A stretch of 64,000 bases of DNA from Candidatus Terraquivivens tengchongensis (GTDB lineage: Archaea > Thermoproteota > Nitrososphaeria_A > Caldarchaeales > Wolframiiraptoraceae), in the NCBI GenBank assembly GCA_023261845.1, contig JALNJZ010000004.1:1-64000 (forward strand), written 5' to 3'. The position numbers and the translations under genes were made by a program. Positions within the stretch are counted from its first letter, which is position 1; the number at the start of each line of letters is the position of its first letter. The notes under the pieces are model-generated. The model saw only the letters and a list, made by a program, of their open reading frames with translations. It made no database searches and had not been told where the DNA came from. Positions 8,858 to 18,968 of the stretch are shown in pieces.

Positions 8858-9997
8858 ATGAGCAGCTATGATGTCATAGTTGTTGGTGCCGGGCCGGCCG
8901 GTGTCTCGGCGGCAAAAGCGGCAGCCCTAGCTGACGCTAAGACCTTGCTACTGGAGAAGTGCCCGACGATTATGGCAAACAAGCCATGCGGCGAAGCGAC
9001 GAGTCAAACAACGTTCAAAACAGCTGGTGTGGAGCCGAAGCCCAGCATAGTTCTCAACAGGGCGTACGCAAGGGTTTATGCACCGAACATGAAGTTCGTG
9101 GAGATAAAGGACGTAGGTTTTTTGATAAACAAATCACTCTTCCTACAGGAAATAGCCGCTCAAGCCGCTGAGGCTGGTGCTGACATACACGTAAGGGAAG
9201 AAGTATTATCGGTCTGGAGAGATGGAGACATTATGAGGGTAAAGACGAACCGTAGCGAGTATTCAGCGAAGGTTGTCATAGGTGCTGACGGATACAATTC
9301 AACAGTAGCAAGGTGCCTTGGAATAAACGAGCGCTCGGAGCCCATACCGACCGTTCAGTACGTTATGGTTAATTGTAAGCTCGAATGCACGGACGTTGTA
9401 AGGTTCTTCCTCGGCAACGATATAGCTCCAGGCGGATACGCTTGGATCTTCCCCAAAAGCGAGAAGATCGCAGAGGTGGGCATAGGTGTGAGAGGTGCTC
9501 CAGCCAAACTCTACCTCGACAAATTCGTCAAGATGTTCGAGAAAGAACTTGGAAATGCTAAGATAATCGACTACAGAGGTGCGCCCGTACCCATCGGCGG
9601 AATGATAAAGGAGTACATAGTGGATGGTGGCATACTCATAGGAGATTCCGCTGGAATGGTTATACCCTTGACGGGTGCAGGCATACACTCATCGATAGCC
9701 GCGGGTCTTGCAGCAGGCGAGGTCGTTGCGAAGGCGTGTCATGAAGGCGATACCTCAAGGAAGAGGCTTTCAGAATTCAATGAGAAGTACGAACCTTGGA
9801 TAATGAGGATAAACAAGAGCTTGAAGGTCATGCGCGCTTTGGAAAAGATGACGGATGAGGAGCTGAATCTTTTACAGACATTACTTGACGCGACGGATAT
9901 ACTTGACCTTGCAAACGGCCTTAACATTAAAAGGGTTACGATGAAGTTACTTTCGCATCCAATCTTCGCGATAAAACTTGCAAAGGCACTTCTTTGA
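8858..9997 (+). CDS. geranylgeranyl reductase family (archaeal lipid saturation)
   Basis: GAGPAG, KPCGE, GADG, PGGYAWIFPK, GDSAG..PLTGAGI. Confidence 0.9.
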   Translation: MSSYDVIVVGAGPAGVSAAKAAALADAKTLLLEKCPTIMANKPCGEATSQTTFKTAGVEPKPSIVLNRAYARVYAPNMKFVEIKDVGFLINKSLFLQEIAAQAAEAGADIHVREEVLSVWRDGDIMRVKTNRSEYSAKVVIGADGYNSTVARCLGINERSEPIPTVQYVMVNCKLECTDVVRFFLGNDIAPGGYAWIFPKSEKIAEVGIGVRGAPAKLYLDKFVKMFEKELGNAKIIDYRGAPVPIGGMIKEYIVDGGILIGDSAGMVIPLTGAGIHSSIAAGLAAGEVVAKACHEGDTSRKRLSEFNEKYEPWIMRINKSLKVMRALEKMTDEELNLLQTLLDATDILDLANGLNIKRVTMKLLSHPIFAIKLAKALL

Positions 9998-10000
9998 GAG

Positions 10001-10984
10001 ATGGTGTTATTCATGGACTGGGATTATTTTGACTCAAAGGGCACTAGAAAGGCCGCGGTTGTGGGTATAGGAGGTGGTGGCGATGTGCTAGGAACGATAC
10101 CGACGAGGAACTCTTTGAGGAGAAACAAATTCGAAGTATTGATAGGCTCCGTAGTATGGGAAAGGTTCGTCGTGGATCCAAAGCCTGGTCCGAGGTCTTT
10201 GGACGAGCTGGATAATGTGGAGGAATTTTTAAGCGAAACGGTATGCTTAGCGGGAAGTCGAACGAGAATAAAAGGAGGGGTCGTTCCACAAGCGTGCAGA
10301 CTCTCAGCAAAACTGGACGAGAAGGTTCTGCTATTGGACCTGACTAAAGGTGCCAAAGGTCTTGCTAGAGGCATTCACAAGATGGTCGATAAACTCGGCA
10401 TAAGCTTCATCGTCGGAATAGATGTTGGAGGCGACGTTTTAGCTACTGGAAAGGAAGAGGGTCTTAAATCTCCTCTATGCGATTCCTTAACACTTGCAGC
10501 CTTAGTTAACTCAGGTGTTAGGAGCATAGTGGGCGTAGTGGGATTAGGATGCGATGGTGAGCTTAAGTTGCAGGAACTAGAAGCAAGGTTATCCGAAATA
10601 GCATCGATGGGCGGTTTACTTGGTGCGTTGGGTATGACGCGAGATGATGTAAAGCTCATGGAGTTTTTGTCAGAAGGGCTGAATACGGAAGCGAGTAGGA
10701 TGACTATCATGGCAGCAAAGGGCGTAAGGGGCGATGTACCGATAAGGGAGGGGACAAGAACGGCATACGTGTCTATCTTTTCAAGCATAACTTTTTTCCT
10801 TGATGCCCGGATACTTTATGAGGTAAGCGAGCTTGCAAAGGCTGTGGCAAACTCTGAGTCAATAGATGAAGCGAATGAGAGCATGTATAGCCTAGGAATA
10901 GAAACAGAGCTGGACTTCGAGAGGGCCGTCGAGAGGCTTGGCGTCACGTCTTACAGAGATTATGTTCTAAAGACGAAGAGATGA
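10001..10984 (+). CDS. DUF1152 family protein
   Basis: GGGGDV, DVGGDVL, SPLCDS, GCDGEL, TEAS motifs. Confidence 0.8.
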   Translation: MVLFMDWDYFDSKGTRKAAVVGIGGGGDVLGTIPTRNSLRRNKFEVLIGSVVWERFVVDPKPGPRSLDELDNVEEFLSETVCLAGSRTRIKGGVVPQACRLSAKLDEKVLLLDLTKGAKGLARGIHKMVDKLGISFIVGIDVGGDVLATGKEEGLKSPLCDSLTLAALVNSGVRSIVGVVGLGCDGELKLQELEARLSEIASMGGLLGALGMTRDDVKLMEFLSEGLNTEASRMTIMAAKGVRGDVPIREGTRTAYVSIFSSITFFLDARILYEVSELAKAVANSESIDEANESMYSLGIETELDFERAVERLGVTSYRDYVLKTKR

Positions 10985-11495
10985 ACGAATTGGCTAACTC
11001 TTTGGCCCTGCTTAGAAGTCTATACTTTGGTGAACGTATAAGGCCGACCATTCTTAATCCGCTCGGTTTCTCGATAAATAGCGCGTAAAAATTCGGCTCG
11101 GATGCTGTTAGAAGTTCATCTTTTATGTAATCTTCAAAAATCGTAAGCGTCAATACACGACCATCTTCTTTTTTGAGTACAAGCTCCCCGGTCTTAGCAT
11201 CATAACTTAAAACGCTCACCAATACTGATTGTATGGAAGGCTCGTATTCATTTTGCGATAGATCGTCTACGACAAGTTTGACGCTATTCCCTTGCTGAAC
11301 CCTTGAGATGTATGCGTTCACGGCAGAACCGTACCAGAGCCAACCCGGCAATTCTTCGATATTGTAAATCAACGTGTCAGGCAGGTCTGCAATCACAAGT
11401 TTAACAGTATACAGTAACTTACCCCACTTAATACTTGGCACGATGTCCACAACATAACCCAACATTTTGCCAAGGTTCTTGCGCTCCACCTTCAA
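10944..11495 (-). CDS. hypothetical protein, beta-rich (183 aa)
   Basis: Long ORF directly downstream of uS11, same strand, no recognisable motif. Confidence 0.7.
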   Translation of the reverse strand: MKVERKNLGKMLGYVVDIVPSIKWGKLLYTVKLVIADLPDTLIYNIEELPGWLWYGSAVNAYISRVQQGNSVKLVVDDLSQNEYEPSIQSVLVSVLSYDAKTGELVLKKEDGRVLTLTIFEDYIKDELLTASEPNFYALFIEKPSGLRMVGLIRSPKYRLLSRAKELANSFISSSLEHNLCKT

Positions 11496-11516
11496 AGCCG
11501 GACCACGTGTGCGCTT

Positions 11517-11945
11517 CTAGACCCTTCTTCCCCTTCTTCCGCCCTTCTTCCTTATGCTGTCGTGAGGGAGAGGCGTAACGTCCTCTATCCTACCAATCTG
11601 AACGCCGGACCTAGCCACAGCTCTGATCGCTGCCTGCGCACCCGGGCCTGGTGTCCTCGCCTTCACACCACCAGGTGCCCTCACCCTTATATGGACAGCG
11701 GATATTCCTTTTTGCTTTGCAATCTCCATAACATAGTTAGCCGCCCTTGTGGCAGCATAAGGTGTTGGCTCTAGCCTTCCTGCATCAACGAACATCCCGC
11801 CGGAAGCTCTGGCAATCGTTTCGGCACCGCTCAGATCGGTTACATGGACCATTATGTTGTTGTAGCTGGAATAGATATGGACAATCCCCCATAGAGGTTT
11901 CTTTTGACTTTGCCTCTGTTCAACCTGTTGCTTAGCCTCGCTCAT
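11517..11945 (-). CDS. rps11: 30S ribosomal protein uS11
   Basis: [47 protein letters not shown]. Confidence 0.97.
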   Translation of the reverse strand: MSEAKQQVEQRQSQKKPLWGIVHIYSSYNNIMVHVTDLSGAETIARASGGMFVDAGRLEPTPYAATRAANYVMEIAKQKGISAVHIRVRAPGGVKARTPGPGAQAAIRAVARSGVQIGRIEDVTPLPHDSIRKKGGRRGRRV

Positions 11946-12001
11946 TGCCGTTGACTCAGCAACTTGATGGGAAATATTTAAGGCTTCAAATTAACGCACT
12001 G

Positions 12002-12523
12002 TTATTTGAAGGAAGGAAGCCTTATACCCCTCTGCCCTTGATATTTCCCTCTATAGGGTCTCTCCACGGGCGACGTGAGTTTAGCAAAGACCACATGTAT
12101 GAACCTGTCATTCTCGTAGAGCTTAACCGGGAAATCTCCGCCGACTAGCTCTATCGTCAACTGACCCTCGAAGTTGGCATCTATTATCGTGGGAGGTATG
12201 CTTAGACCTACCCTTGCATAACTACTTCTGAGGTTAACGAAGCCCATCAAGTCAACCGGGAGTCTGATGTACTCCTTCGTGTGGAGAAGTACGTGCTCCT
12301 TAGGGTTTATGATGAAGCTGCTGCCTTGCTCGATCGTGTAAAACTCCTCGACGTCATCGCTCCTAGTGTCAAGGGGTCTTCCGATATTCTTCATCCTAGC
12401 CACAGCCCCACCAATCCTTAGATCTACGCCGTTTTCTCTGACCGTGCTCTCTTCGAAAGGTTCTATTAGCAACCTTCCGCTCCTGATGTAGTTTAATAAA
12501 TCCAAGTCGCTCAATATAGCCAA
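12002..12523 (-). CDS. dcd: dCTP deaminase
   Basis: ILSD, VDLRIG, LRSSYARVG, IDANFEGQLTIE, YRGKYQGQ. Confidence 0.92.
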   Translation of the reverse strand: MAILSDLDLLNYIRSGRLLIEPFEESTVRENGVDLRIGGAVARMKNIGRPLDTRSDDVEEFYTIEQGSSFIINPKEHVLLHTKEYIRLPVDLMGFVNLRSSYARVGLSIPPTIIDANFEGQLTIELVGGDFPVKLYENDRFIHVVFAKLTSPVERPYRGKYQGQRGIRLPSFK

Positions 12524-12635
12524 GCAATCCCCTCCGGTCGGGTTTTCTAAACGTCTCTTTTTAAATGTTTGTTGCCAAGCGCTAGCAACTTCTATGAATA
12601 AATCTTATAAACGTCGTGCTGCATAAAGTTCTTTT

Positions 12636-13364
12636 ATGGTATACGAAATTCCTGAGATAATAAAAATTAAGGAGTACAAAAAGCCCGACGTAAGAGGAGG
12701 CATCGTTATAGATGGGTTTCCATCTTCAAGCCTCGTAACACCACTCGTGGCCAGCTATCTTGTGGCACACTTAAACATGGACCAAGTTGCCTTCATAGAG
12801 TCTGCTCATTTCCCTCCCGTCGCCTTCGTTTATGGAGGCAAGCCAAGATATCCCGCAAGGGTATACGTCGAGGAAGGGCTTAAGCTGGTTGCATTCGTAT
12901 CGGAGTTCAACCTGCCGCTATGGCTTTCAAGAAGCGTGGCGAATACGATCATGGATTGGTCTTTGAAGAATGGTTGCGAGATGATAATCTCAACGTTAAG
13001 CGTTCCCAAAGAGTCTGGAGATACGAAAATTTACGGTGTAGGTAGCACCGGGAGGGCAAGGGAAATGCTATCGAACGCTGGGATAGAACAGCTGAGCATA
13101 GGCGTAGTTCCCGGCGTGCCTGGAGTCTTGCTTTGTGAAGGAAGGTGGAACAATTTTGATGTGGTAGTGTTATTGGCAGAAGCGATGGAGAATACGCCGC
13201 TTTTCGCCGTTGCTGCAATGTTACTAGAGGCTTTAACCAAGCTCGTGCCTAAGATAAAGATAGACCTAGAACCGCTCTACAGAGAGGCGAAGGTTGTGCA
13301 GGACAGGTTACACTCGTTGAGGGAGGTTGCGCAAGCAGCCGAGAGAAAACCAATGTATGCTTGA
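12636..13364 (+). CDS. PAC2-family proteasome assembly chaperone/activator with C-terminal HbYX (MYA)
   Basis: IDGFP, HFPP, PARVY, GVPGVLL; ends in ...PMYA. Confidence 0.85.
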   Translation: MVYEIPEIIKIKEYKKPDVRGGIVIDGFPSSSLVTPLVASYLVAHLNMDQVAFIESAHFPPVAFVYGGKPRYPARVYVEEGLKLVAFVSEFNLPLWLSRSVANTIMDWSLKNGCEMIISTLSVPKESGDTKIYGVGSTGRAREMLSNAGIEQLSIGVVPGVPGVLLCEGRWNNFDVVVLLAEAMENTPLFAVAAMLLEALTKLVPKIKIDLEPLYREAKVVQDRLHSLREVAQAAERKPMYA

Positions 13365-14147
13365 TCAAATCTCATAGCTCTCCAAGTCCTTAGGTACGAT
13401 AACGCTTCCATCGAACGCCTTGGTCAGTAAAATCTTGAGCTCATATTCTCTCCCTTCCCATGCTGGGTAGAGATGCACAGGTATCAAAAGCCTCGGCCTT
13501 ACTTTAGCGGCAACTTCAGCCAACCCTTTCTCTGATGTGTGAAGCCCTAAGAGTTGCTCGTCCGGAAACGAGCACTCATGTATCAGGACGTCTGCATGCT
13601 TTGCAAATTCTATCAAATTTTCGTCTGGAACCGTATCCCCAGAGTAAACTAAGCTTTTACCCTCGGCATCAATCCTATATGCTACGCCGTCGTAGTGCTT
13701 GACCGGCGTGCACTTTATGCGTAATGTAGAAGTCTCCTCCACAAGGCCCTTTGTTACCTCCTTCAGCTCGATGTATTTGAGGCACGAAAGATTTTCTGAG
13801 ATGTATCTGAATTGCGGTATTTCTTCGAAGAGATACCTTATTAGCGTATTTAGACCTAATGGGCCGTAAACCCTAAGATGCAAGGGATTCTGGGAGGGGC
13901 CACCGGAGCGGTCGAAAGCCCTTAGCTTTACTATGGCTGGAAGGTCGAGTACATGATCTATGTGATAATGGGTTAAGAGTAATCTAGATATGGTGTTCGG
14001 GTCTACACCGACCCTCCTAAGCTTTTCTAAGGTCCCAGGACCACAGTCTAGAAGTAGCCTATCGTTCCCTATTTCAAGGAGTATCGCTGAAGAAAACCTG
14101 TTGGTTGTCGGTATTATCGAACCTGTACCAAGAAATGTAAGCCTCAT
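13365..14147 (-). CDS. MBL-fold metallo-hydrolase (RNase Z/BN-like)
   Basis: FLGTG, LDCGPG, THYHIDH, YSGDT, HECS. Confidence 0.88.
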   Translation of the reverse strand: MRLTFLGTGSIIPTTNRFSSAILLEIGNDRLLLDCGPGTLEKLRRVGVDPNTISRLLLTHYHIDHVLDLPAIVKLRAFDRSGGPSQNPLHLRVYGPLGLNTLIRYLFEEIPQFRYISENLSCLKYIELKEVTKGLVEETSTLRIKCTPVKHYDGVAYRIDAEGKSLVYSGDTVPDENLIEFAKHADVLIHECSFPDEQLLGLHTSEKGLAEVAAKVRPRLLIPVHLYPAWEGREYELKILLTKAFDGSVIVPKDLESYEI

Positions 14148-14153
14148 ACTCGA

Positions 14154-14678
14154 TTAGCTCTTCACCATGTATATTATGTGAGGCAACTCATCAGCAAGGA
14201 TTTCGATGGCTGTTCTGGCGGCATCGGGTGAGCCTGGTATGCAGACCACTAGCTTCTCCCTTGCTACGCCAGCCATGGCTCTAGAGAGCATTGCCGCAGA
14301 GCCTACCTTCTGGTAACTTATCATCCGGAAAATCTCAGCAAACCCATCCAGCCTTTTTTCTAAGTACGGTTCCACAGCCTCTATCGTAAGGTCGGACTTC
14401 GTTATACCCGTTCCACCACAAAACACTATCACATCCACATCGCTTCTGTTCAGTAAAGCGAGTAACGCCGATCTTACTTGTCCGATACCATCACCGATTA
14501 AATCACGATACACTACTTCATAACCTTTGGCAAGTATACCGTTCATCAATATATCGCCAGACTCGTCAGTATAATTCTCGCCTCTCATCTTCTGCTCGTA
14601 CCTTGAAGTGCTTACTGTTACTATAGCTACGTTGACCTTTTTCGGTGCCTTTTTCCTATGGTGTTCATGGGACATCAA
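14154..14678 (-). CDS. moaB: molybdopterin adenylyltransferase MoaB/Mog
   Basis: TVS, DESG, GGTG, GFAEIFR, AMLSRA, PGSPDA. Confidence 0.92.
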   Translation of the reverse strand: MMSHEHHRKKAPKKVNVAIVTVSTSRYEQKMRGENYTDESGDILMNGILAKGYEVVYRDLIGDGIGQVRSALLALLNRSDVDVIVFCGGTGITKSDLTIEAVEPYLEKRLDGFAEIFRMISYQKVGSAAMLSRAMAGVAREKLVVCIPGSPDAARTAIEILADELPHIIYMVKS

Positions 14679-15117
14679 GGCGCTGCTTCACCTTACTAAT
14701 AACCCTGATATCCGTTATCTCCGTGATAGGGTACTGACCGTTTTCATCTTTCTCATATGCTTTGAGCACATCCCAAATATTAAGGAGAGCAACTGTTAGT
14801 GCGGTAAGAGCCTCCATCTCTACGCCAGTTTTTTCTGTAGCTGTGACCTTTGCGGTCGCTTCCACAGCTGAATCGGTAAGCCTCAATTCTAACTCAACAT
14901 GTTCTAGCTTGAGCTGATGACACAACGGCATAAGCAAGGGCGTGAGTTTAGCTGCCTGTATCCCGGCGAGCCTAGCTACCTGGAGCGGGTCGCCTTTTTC
15001 CACTTCACCCCTCCTTATACGCTCTATGGTTTCGGGCCTGAGCTTTATACGGCCTGCTGCTATCGCGATCCTTTTCTCCGGAACCTTCTCTGAGATATCA
15101 ACTTGCTTTATTTTCAT
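14665..15117 (-). CDS. moaC: cyclic pyranopterin monophosphate synthase
   Basis: VDISEK, KGD, AAK, PLCH, TGVEMEAL. Confidence 0.95.
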   Translation of the reverse strand: MKIKQVDISEKVPEKRIAIAAGRIKLRPETIERIRRGEVEKGDPLQVARLAGIQAAKLTPLLMPLCHQLKLEHVELELRLTDSAVEATAKVTATEKTGVEMEALTALTVALLNIWDVLKAYEKDENGQYPITEITDIRVISKVKQRLDVP

Positions 15118-15155
15118 GGTTAATCGTTATGCTCGGAGCTAAATAAGCACATCCT

Positions 15156-15302
15156 TTATGAAACTCTGCTAAGCCTATGGCCCTCATGGAGTTTTGGGGA
15201 ATCGAACATGTTGTACAATTTGCTAGGTAGCTCCCCCTCCGGCTCCACTTCCATTATAAAGCGCTTACAATCAAGACAATAATAAATCACCTTTTTCTTC
15301 AT
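15156..15302 (-). CDS. 48-aa zinc-finger microprotein (CxxC...HxxH), not in ORF track
   Basis: MKKKVIYYCLDCKRFIMEVEPEGELPSKLYNMFDSPKLHEGHRLSRVS*, ATG start, fills the intergenic gap upstream of moaC. Confidence 0.6.
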   Translation of the reverse strand: MKKKVIYYCLDCKRFIMEVEPEGELPSKLYNMFDSPKLHEGHRLSRVS

Positions 15303-15460
15303 AACTTTCCAAGATTATCAAAAAGGTAGACTTTATCCTTTTCTCCTGCAAAAATTCAGCAAAACATGCATGATACAGTATAACATTATGAATTTTTTGC
15401 CTATAAACAACGATTAAAGAGAAGCCGCACTCTATCTATAAGCACATATGGTGATAATTA

Positions 15461-16063
15461 TTGAAAATGGTTGAAGTGCCAAGCATACCTGAGCCACAAA
15501 AGGTTAGTCTGGATGCAAAATCTTCCGCCCTTATAATCGTGGATATGCAGAACGACTTTGTGAATGAAAAAGGTAAGCTCTATGTAGGTGATGTTGCAAG
15601 GCGCACGATTCCAAATATAAAGCGGTTGTTAGAAAAGGCTAGGAAAAGCGGCGCCACAGTCGTGTTCACACAAGACTGGCACCTAGAAGATGACCCAGAG
15701 TTCCCGATATGGGGAAAACATTCGGTCGCTGGTACCTGGGGTTCTGAGATAATCGAAGAGTTAAAACCCATCGAGGGCGAAGTAATCATAAAGAAGCTAA
15801 GATATGATGCCTTCTTCGGAACACCGTTAGACCATGTGCTTAGGATAAAGGGCATAAAGAACGTGGTCATTACAGGGACCGTATCTAACATCTGCGTCCT
15901 GCATACGGCAGGTTCTGCTGCCTTGAACCTCTACAAAGTATACTTACCTATTGATTGCGTGTCTGCGCTTACGGAGTTCGACCAGCTGGCGACCTTCCGC
16001 CAGATCTCTTTTCTGTATAGGGGCATACTGACCAGTTCTGAGCTGCTAGACTTCACACCGTAA
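15461..16063 (+). CDS. pncA: isochorismatase/cysteine hydrolase, probable nicotinamidase
   Basis: VDMQNDF, QDWH, K..YDAF, NICV; directly upstream of NAPRTase. Confidence 0.82.
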   Translation: MKMVEVPSIPEPQKVSLDAKSSALIIVDMQNDFVNEKGKLYVGDVARRTIPNIKRLLEKARKSGATVVFTQDWHLEDDPEFPIWGKHSVAGTWGSEIIEELKPIEGEVIIKKLRYDAFFGTPLDHVLRIKGIKNVVITGTVSNICVLHTAGSAALNLYKVYLPIDCVSALTEFDQLATFRQISFLYRGILTSSELLDFTP

Positions 16064-16065
16064 AG

Positions 16066-17277
16066 GTGACTAAGTTGCCTAAGCTCTACATAGCTCTGGA
16101 GTCTGATATAAAGGAAGGGAAGGTAACGGATGTATACTTTGAAAGAGCTACTGAGGTCATAAGGAAGTTTAAGCTAGATAATGTTTCAGTAGCCATGGAG
16201 GCGCACGCATACTCGTTACCTTCAGGTTATGAATGGGCAGCCTTAGGCGGCATAGAGGAAATGGCACATGTTCTAGAGGGAAAACCGGTTGACGTGTACG
16301 CCATGGAAGAGGGTACAATCTTCAGGATGATGGAGCCGATCGTAAGGCTGGAGGGGAATTATGCGTCCTTCGGTTACATGGAATCAGCAATCCTTGGGAT
16401 TTTGCGTCATAGTACGGGCATCGTAACCAAGGCGGCTAGATGTAGACTGGCGGCGGGCGAAAAGACGTTGTTGTTTTTCGGTATAAGGTGCGTTCATCCA
16501 GCAATAGCTCCCATGGTGGATAGGTCGGCGTTCATAGGTGGTTGTGACGCTGTCTCGGGCGTGCTTGGTGCAGAGATGATAAACGAAAAGCCCGTGGGAA
16601 CGATGCCACACTCGCTCATAATCCTTTTCGGCGACCAAGTTAGAGCATGGAAGGCATTTGACGAGGTCATGCCGACAGAAGTTCCGAGGATTACGCTTTG
16701 CGATACGTGGTACGATGAAAGGGTGGAGGCAATGATGGCAGTTAATGCCCTGGGTGAAAGGCTTTACGGGGTAAGGCTTGATACACCGGGTTCAAGAAGG
16801 GGGAACATGAAGAAGATAGCGCTGGAGACGAGGTGGGCTCTAGATATGGCTGGTTATAGGAACGTAAAACTGTTCGTCAGCGGAGGCATTGATGAAGTCG
16901 ATATCATGAACCTCAGGGATGTAGTTGATGGGTTTGGCATAGGCACATGCATCGCCTTTCCACCCTCGGTCGATATTGCCCTTGATATAGTCGCGACAGG
17001 AGATAGGCCAATTTCAAAGAAGGGCAAGCTACCCGGTAAAAAACAGGTCTATAGGTGTAACGAGTTTCACGACATAGTTACATCCTATGATAGAGTGATT
17101 GATAGATGTCCATTATGCGGTGGGAGCGTAGAGCCACTACTGAAGCCGTTGATGATCCAGGGAAGATTAGTTCGTGAGATACCTAGTGCTAAGGAATTGA
17201 GGAACAAGGTACTGGAGCAGCTCAAAAAAATTTCGACGATTAAGGATTTCCGCTCAGAGCCCTACTTCCTTTGCTGA
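16066..17277 (+). CDS. pncB: nicotinate phosphoribosyltransferase
   Basis: TDVYF, FFGIR, GTMPH, VRLDTP, SGG, GFGIGT. Confidence 0.92.
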   Translation: MTKLPKLYIALESDIKEGKVTDVYFERATEVIRKFKLDNVSVAMEAHAYSLPSGYEWAALGGIEEMAHVLEGKPVDVYAMEEGTIFRMMEPIVRLEGNYASFGYMESAILGILRHSTGIVTKAARCRLAAGEKTLLFFGIRCVHPAIAPMVDRSAFIGGCDAVSGVLGAEMINEKPVGTMPHSLIILFGDQVRAWKAFDEVMPTEVPRITLCDTWYDERVEAMMAVNALGERLYGVRLDTPGSRRGNMKKIALETRWALDMAGYRNVKLFVSGGIDEVDIMNLRDVVDGFGIGTCIAFPPSVDIALDIVATGDRPISKKGKLPGKKQVYRCNEFHDIVTSYDRVIDRCPLCGGSVEPLLKPLMIQGRLVREIPSAKELRNKVLEQLKKISTIKDFRSEPYFLC

Positions 17278-18689
17278 GCGTTGCTTTTCGTGAAGAATCC
17301 GGGTATAGTCATCCTCTTGAGGTCTAAGATCCTATCTATCTCATCCTCTCTCATCCCAAAATCCTCGGCTAGTATAGCCCTCAAGCTTTTCTTCTTTAAC
17401 AGGGCCTTCTTAACCAGCTCTGTTGTCTTCTCATAACCTATGACGGGAGCCAAGGCCGTTAAGATTGCTGCAGAGGACTCGGCGTATGTCCTGCACCTCT
17501 CAGAATCTGCCTTTATGCCTTTTATGCACTTATTGCTTAGCGCTGAACAAGTATTCGTCATCAACTTTACAGACTGTATCAGCACGTAGGCTATCAATGG
17601 TAATCCCATGTTTAGCTCCAGCTCACCTAGCTGGGAAGCCATGGTTACGCATACGTCGTTTGCTATGACCTTGACTCCAGCCTGACATGCGGCCTCTAGG
17701 ATGACTGGATTCACCTTACCCGGCATCATTGATGACCCTAACTGTAGAGCAGGTATCTCTATCTCACCAAAGCCTGTATTCGGTCCAGAAGAGAGCAGCC
17801 TTAAGTCGTTACATATTTTTACAATTGCACACGCAAGGTTTTTTAAGGTTGAGGACAGGGCAACGAACGCGCCAGCACTTCCGATGGCCTCAAACCTGTT
17901 TTCAGCTTCCCTAACATTTAGGCCAGTAATTTCCCTTAAAGATTCAATAACAAGCCCTGGAAATTCTGGATGCGTATTGAACCCTGTCCCGACTGCTGTT
18001 CCGCCGATGGGCAACTCCTCAAGCACTTGCATCGTCTTCTCTATCTCCATCCTCGCCTTCTTTATCATCATAGCATAACCGCTGAATTCCTGTCCAAGCG
18101 TGACCGGTAGCGCATCCCTTAGGTGAGTCCTGCCAGCCTTTACCACATACTTAAACTCGTCAGATTTCCCGAGCAGCTCCTCGTATAGAGTATCGAGGCT
18201 GGGCAATAGCTTCTTGTTTATTAACTCAAGGAGAGCGACGCGTATGGCTGTAGGGAAGACGTCATTCGTTGACTGTCCAAAGTTCACATGATCGTTGGGA
18301 TGGATGGGTCCGGATGCGCTTCTCGGACCTCCCATAATTTCTGATGCCCTGGTAGCTATGACCTCGTTCACGTTCATGTGTATCGATGTTCCGCTTCCTG
18401 TCTGAAACACATCAACGGGGAATTCCTCATCGAAAAGACCTTCAGCAACTTCCATGGAGGCCTGCATGACGGGACCTGCGATCTTTTCATCCAGAATTTT
18501 TAACTTTAGGTTTGCATAGGCAGCAGCATATTTTATTAAGCCCAGTGCTCTAATGAGCTCCCCTGGAAAACGTAGATCGGAAAATTGAAAGTTCGTAAGA
18601 GCCCTATAGGTAAAGGCACCATAATATTTGGACTTCGGAACCAATACTTCTCCAAACGGGTCCCTTTCTATTCTTTTATCGTCTTCCAT
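17262..18689 (-). CDS. fumC: class II fumarate hydratase / aspartase family lyase
   Basis: FQTGSGTS..MNVNEV, HPNDHVN.GQSTND, GRTH, GSSMMPGKVNP. The start is probably ATG 18689. Confidence 0.88.
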   Translation of the reverse strand: MEDDKRIERDPFGEVLVPKSKYYGAFTYRALTNFQFSDLRFPGELIRALGLIKYAAAYANLKLKILDEKIAGPVMQASMEVAEGLFDEEFPVDVFQTGSGTSIHMNVNEVIATRASEIMGGPRSASGPIHPNDHVNFGQSTNDVFPTAIRVALLELINKKLLPSLDTLYEELLGKSDEFKYVVKAGRTHLRDALPVTLGQEFSGYAMMIKKARMEIEKTMQVLEELPIGGTAVGTGFNTHPEFPGLVIESLREITGLNVREAENRFEAIGSAGAFVALSSTLKNLACAIVKICNDLRLLSSGPNTGFGEIEIPALQLGSSMMPGKVNPVILEAACQAGVKVIANDVCVTMASQLGELELNMGLPLIAYVLIQSVKLMTNTCSALSNKCIKGIKADSERCRTYAESSAAILTALAPVIGYEKTTELVKKALLKKKSLRAILAEDFGMREDEIDRILDLKRMTIPGFFTKSNAQQRK

Positions 18690-18968
18690 ATAAACACCGT
18701 TAACTACGAAACGTATAAAGCTTAACGTAAGATTAACATGTAGAAAGTCGGCAAATTGATAAGTTGGAAAACATAATAAATGAAATAGCTGAGCCATTAT
18801 TCCATCCAATCTTCTTGCCTTGACGTCGCTTTGCAACATCATATGATATTAAAGAAAGTTGGTTATCTCATCTATGGAGCGGTATTTCAAATTGTAGCTT
18901 TTATGCACGATAAATATATACATAAGGAACTTTCAACATAAACTCGATAAACCTTGGTTGGGACTAGC

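Noticed and set aside
18690-18842. 51-aa extension of fumC
   Set aside because: Runs through AT-rich promoter DNA; family similarity starts at MEDDKRIERD
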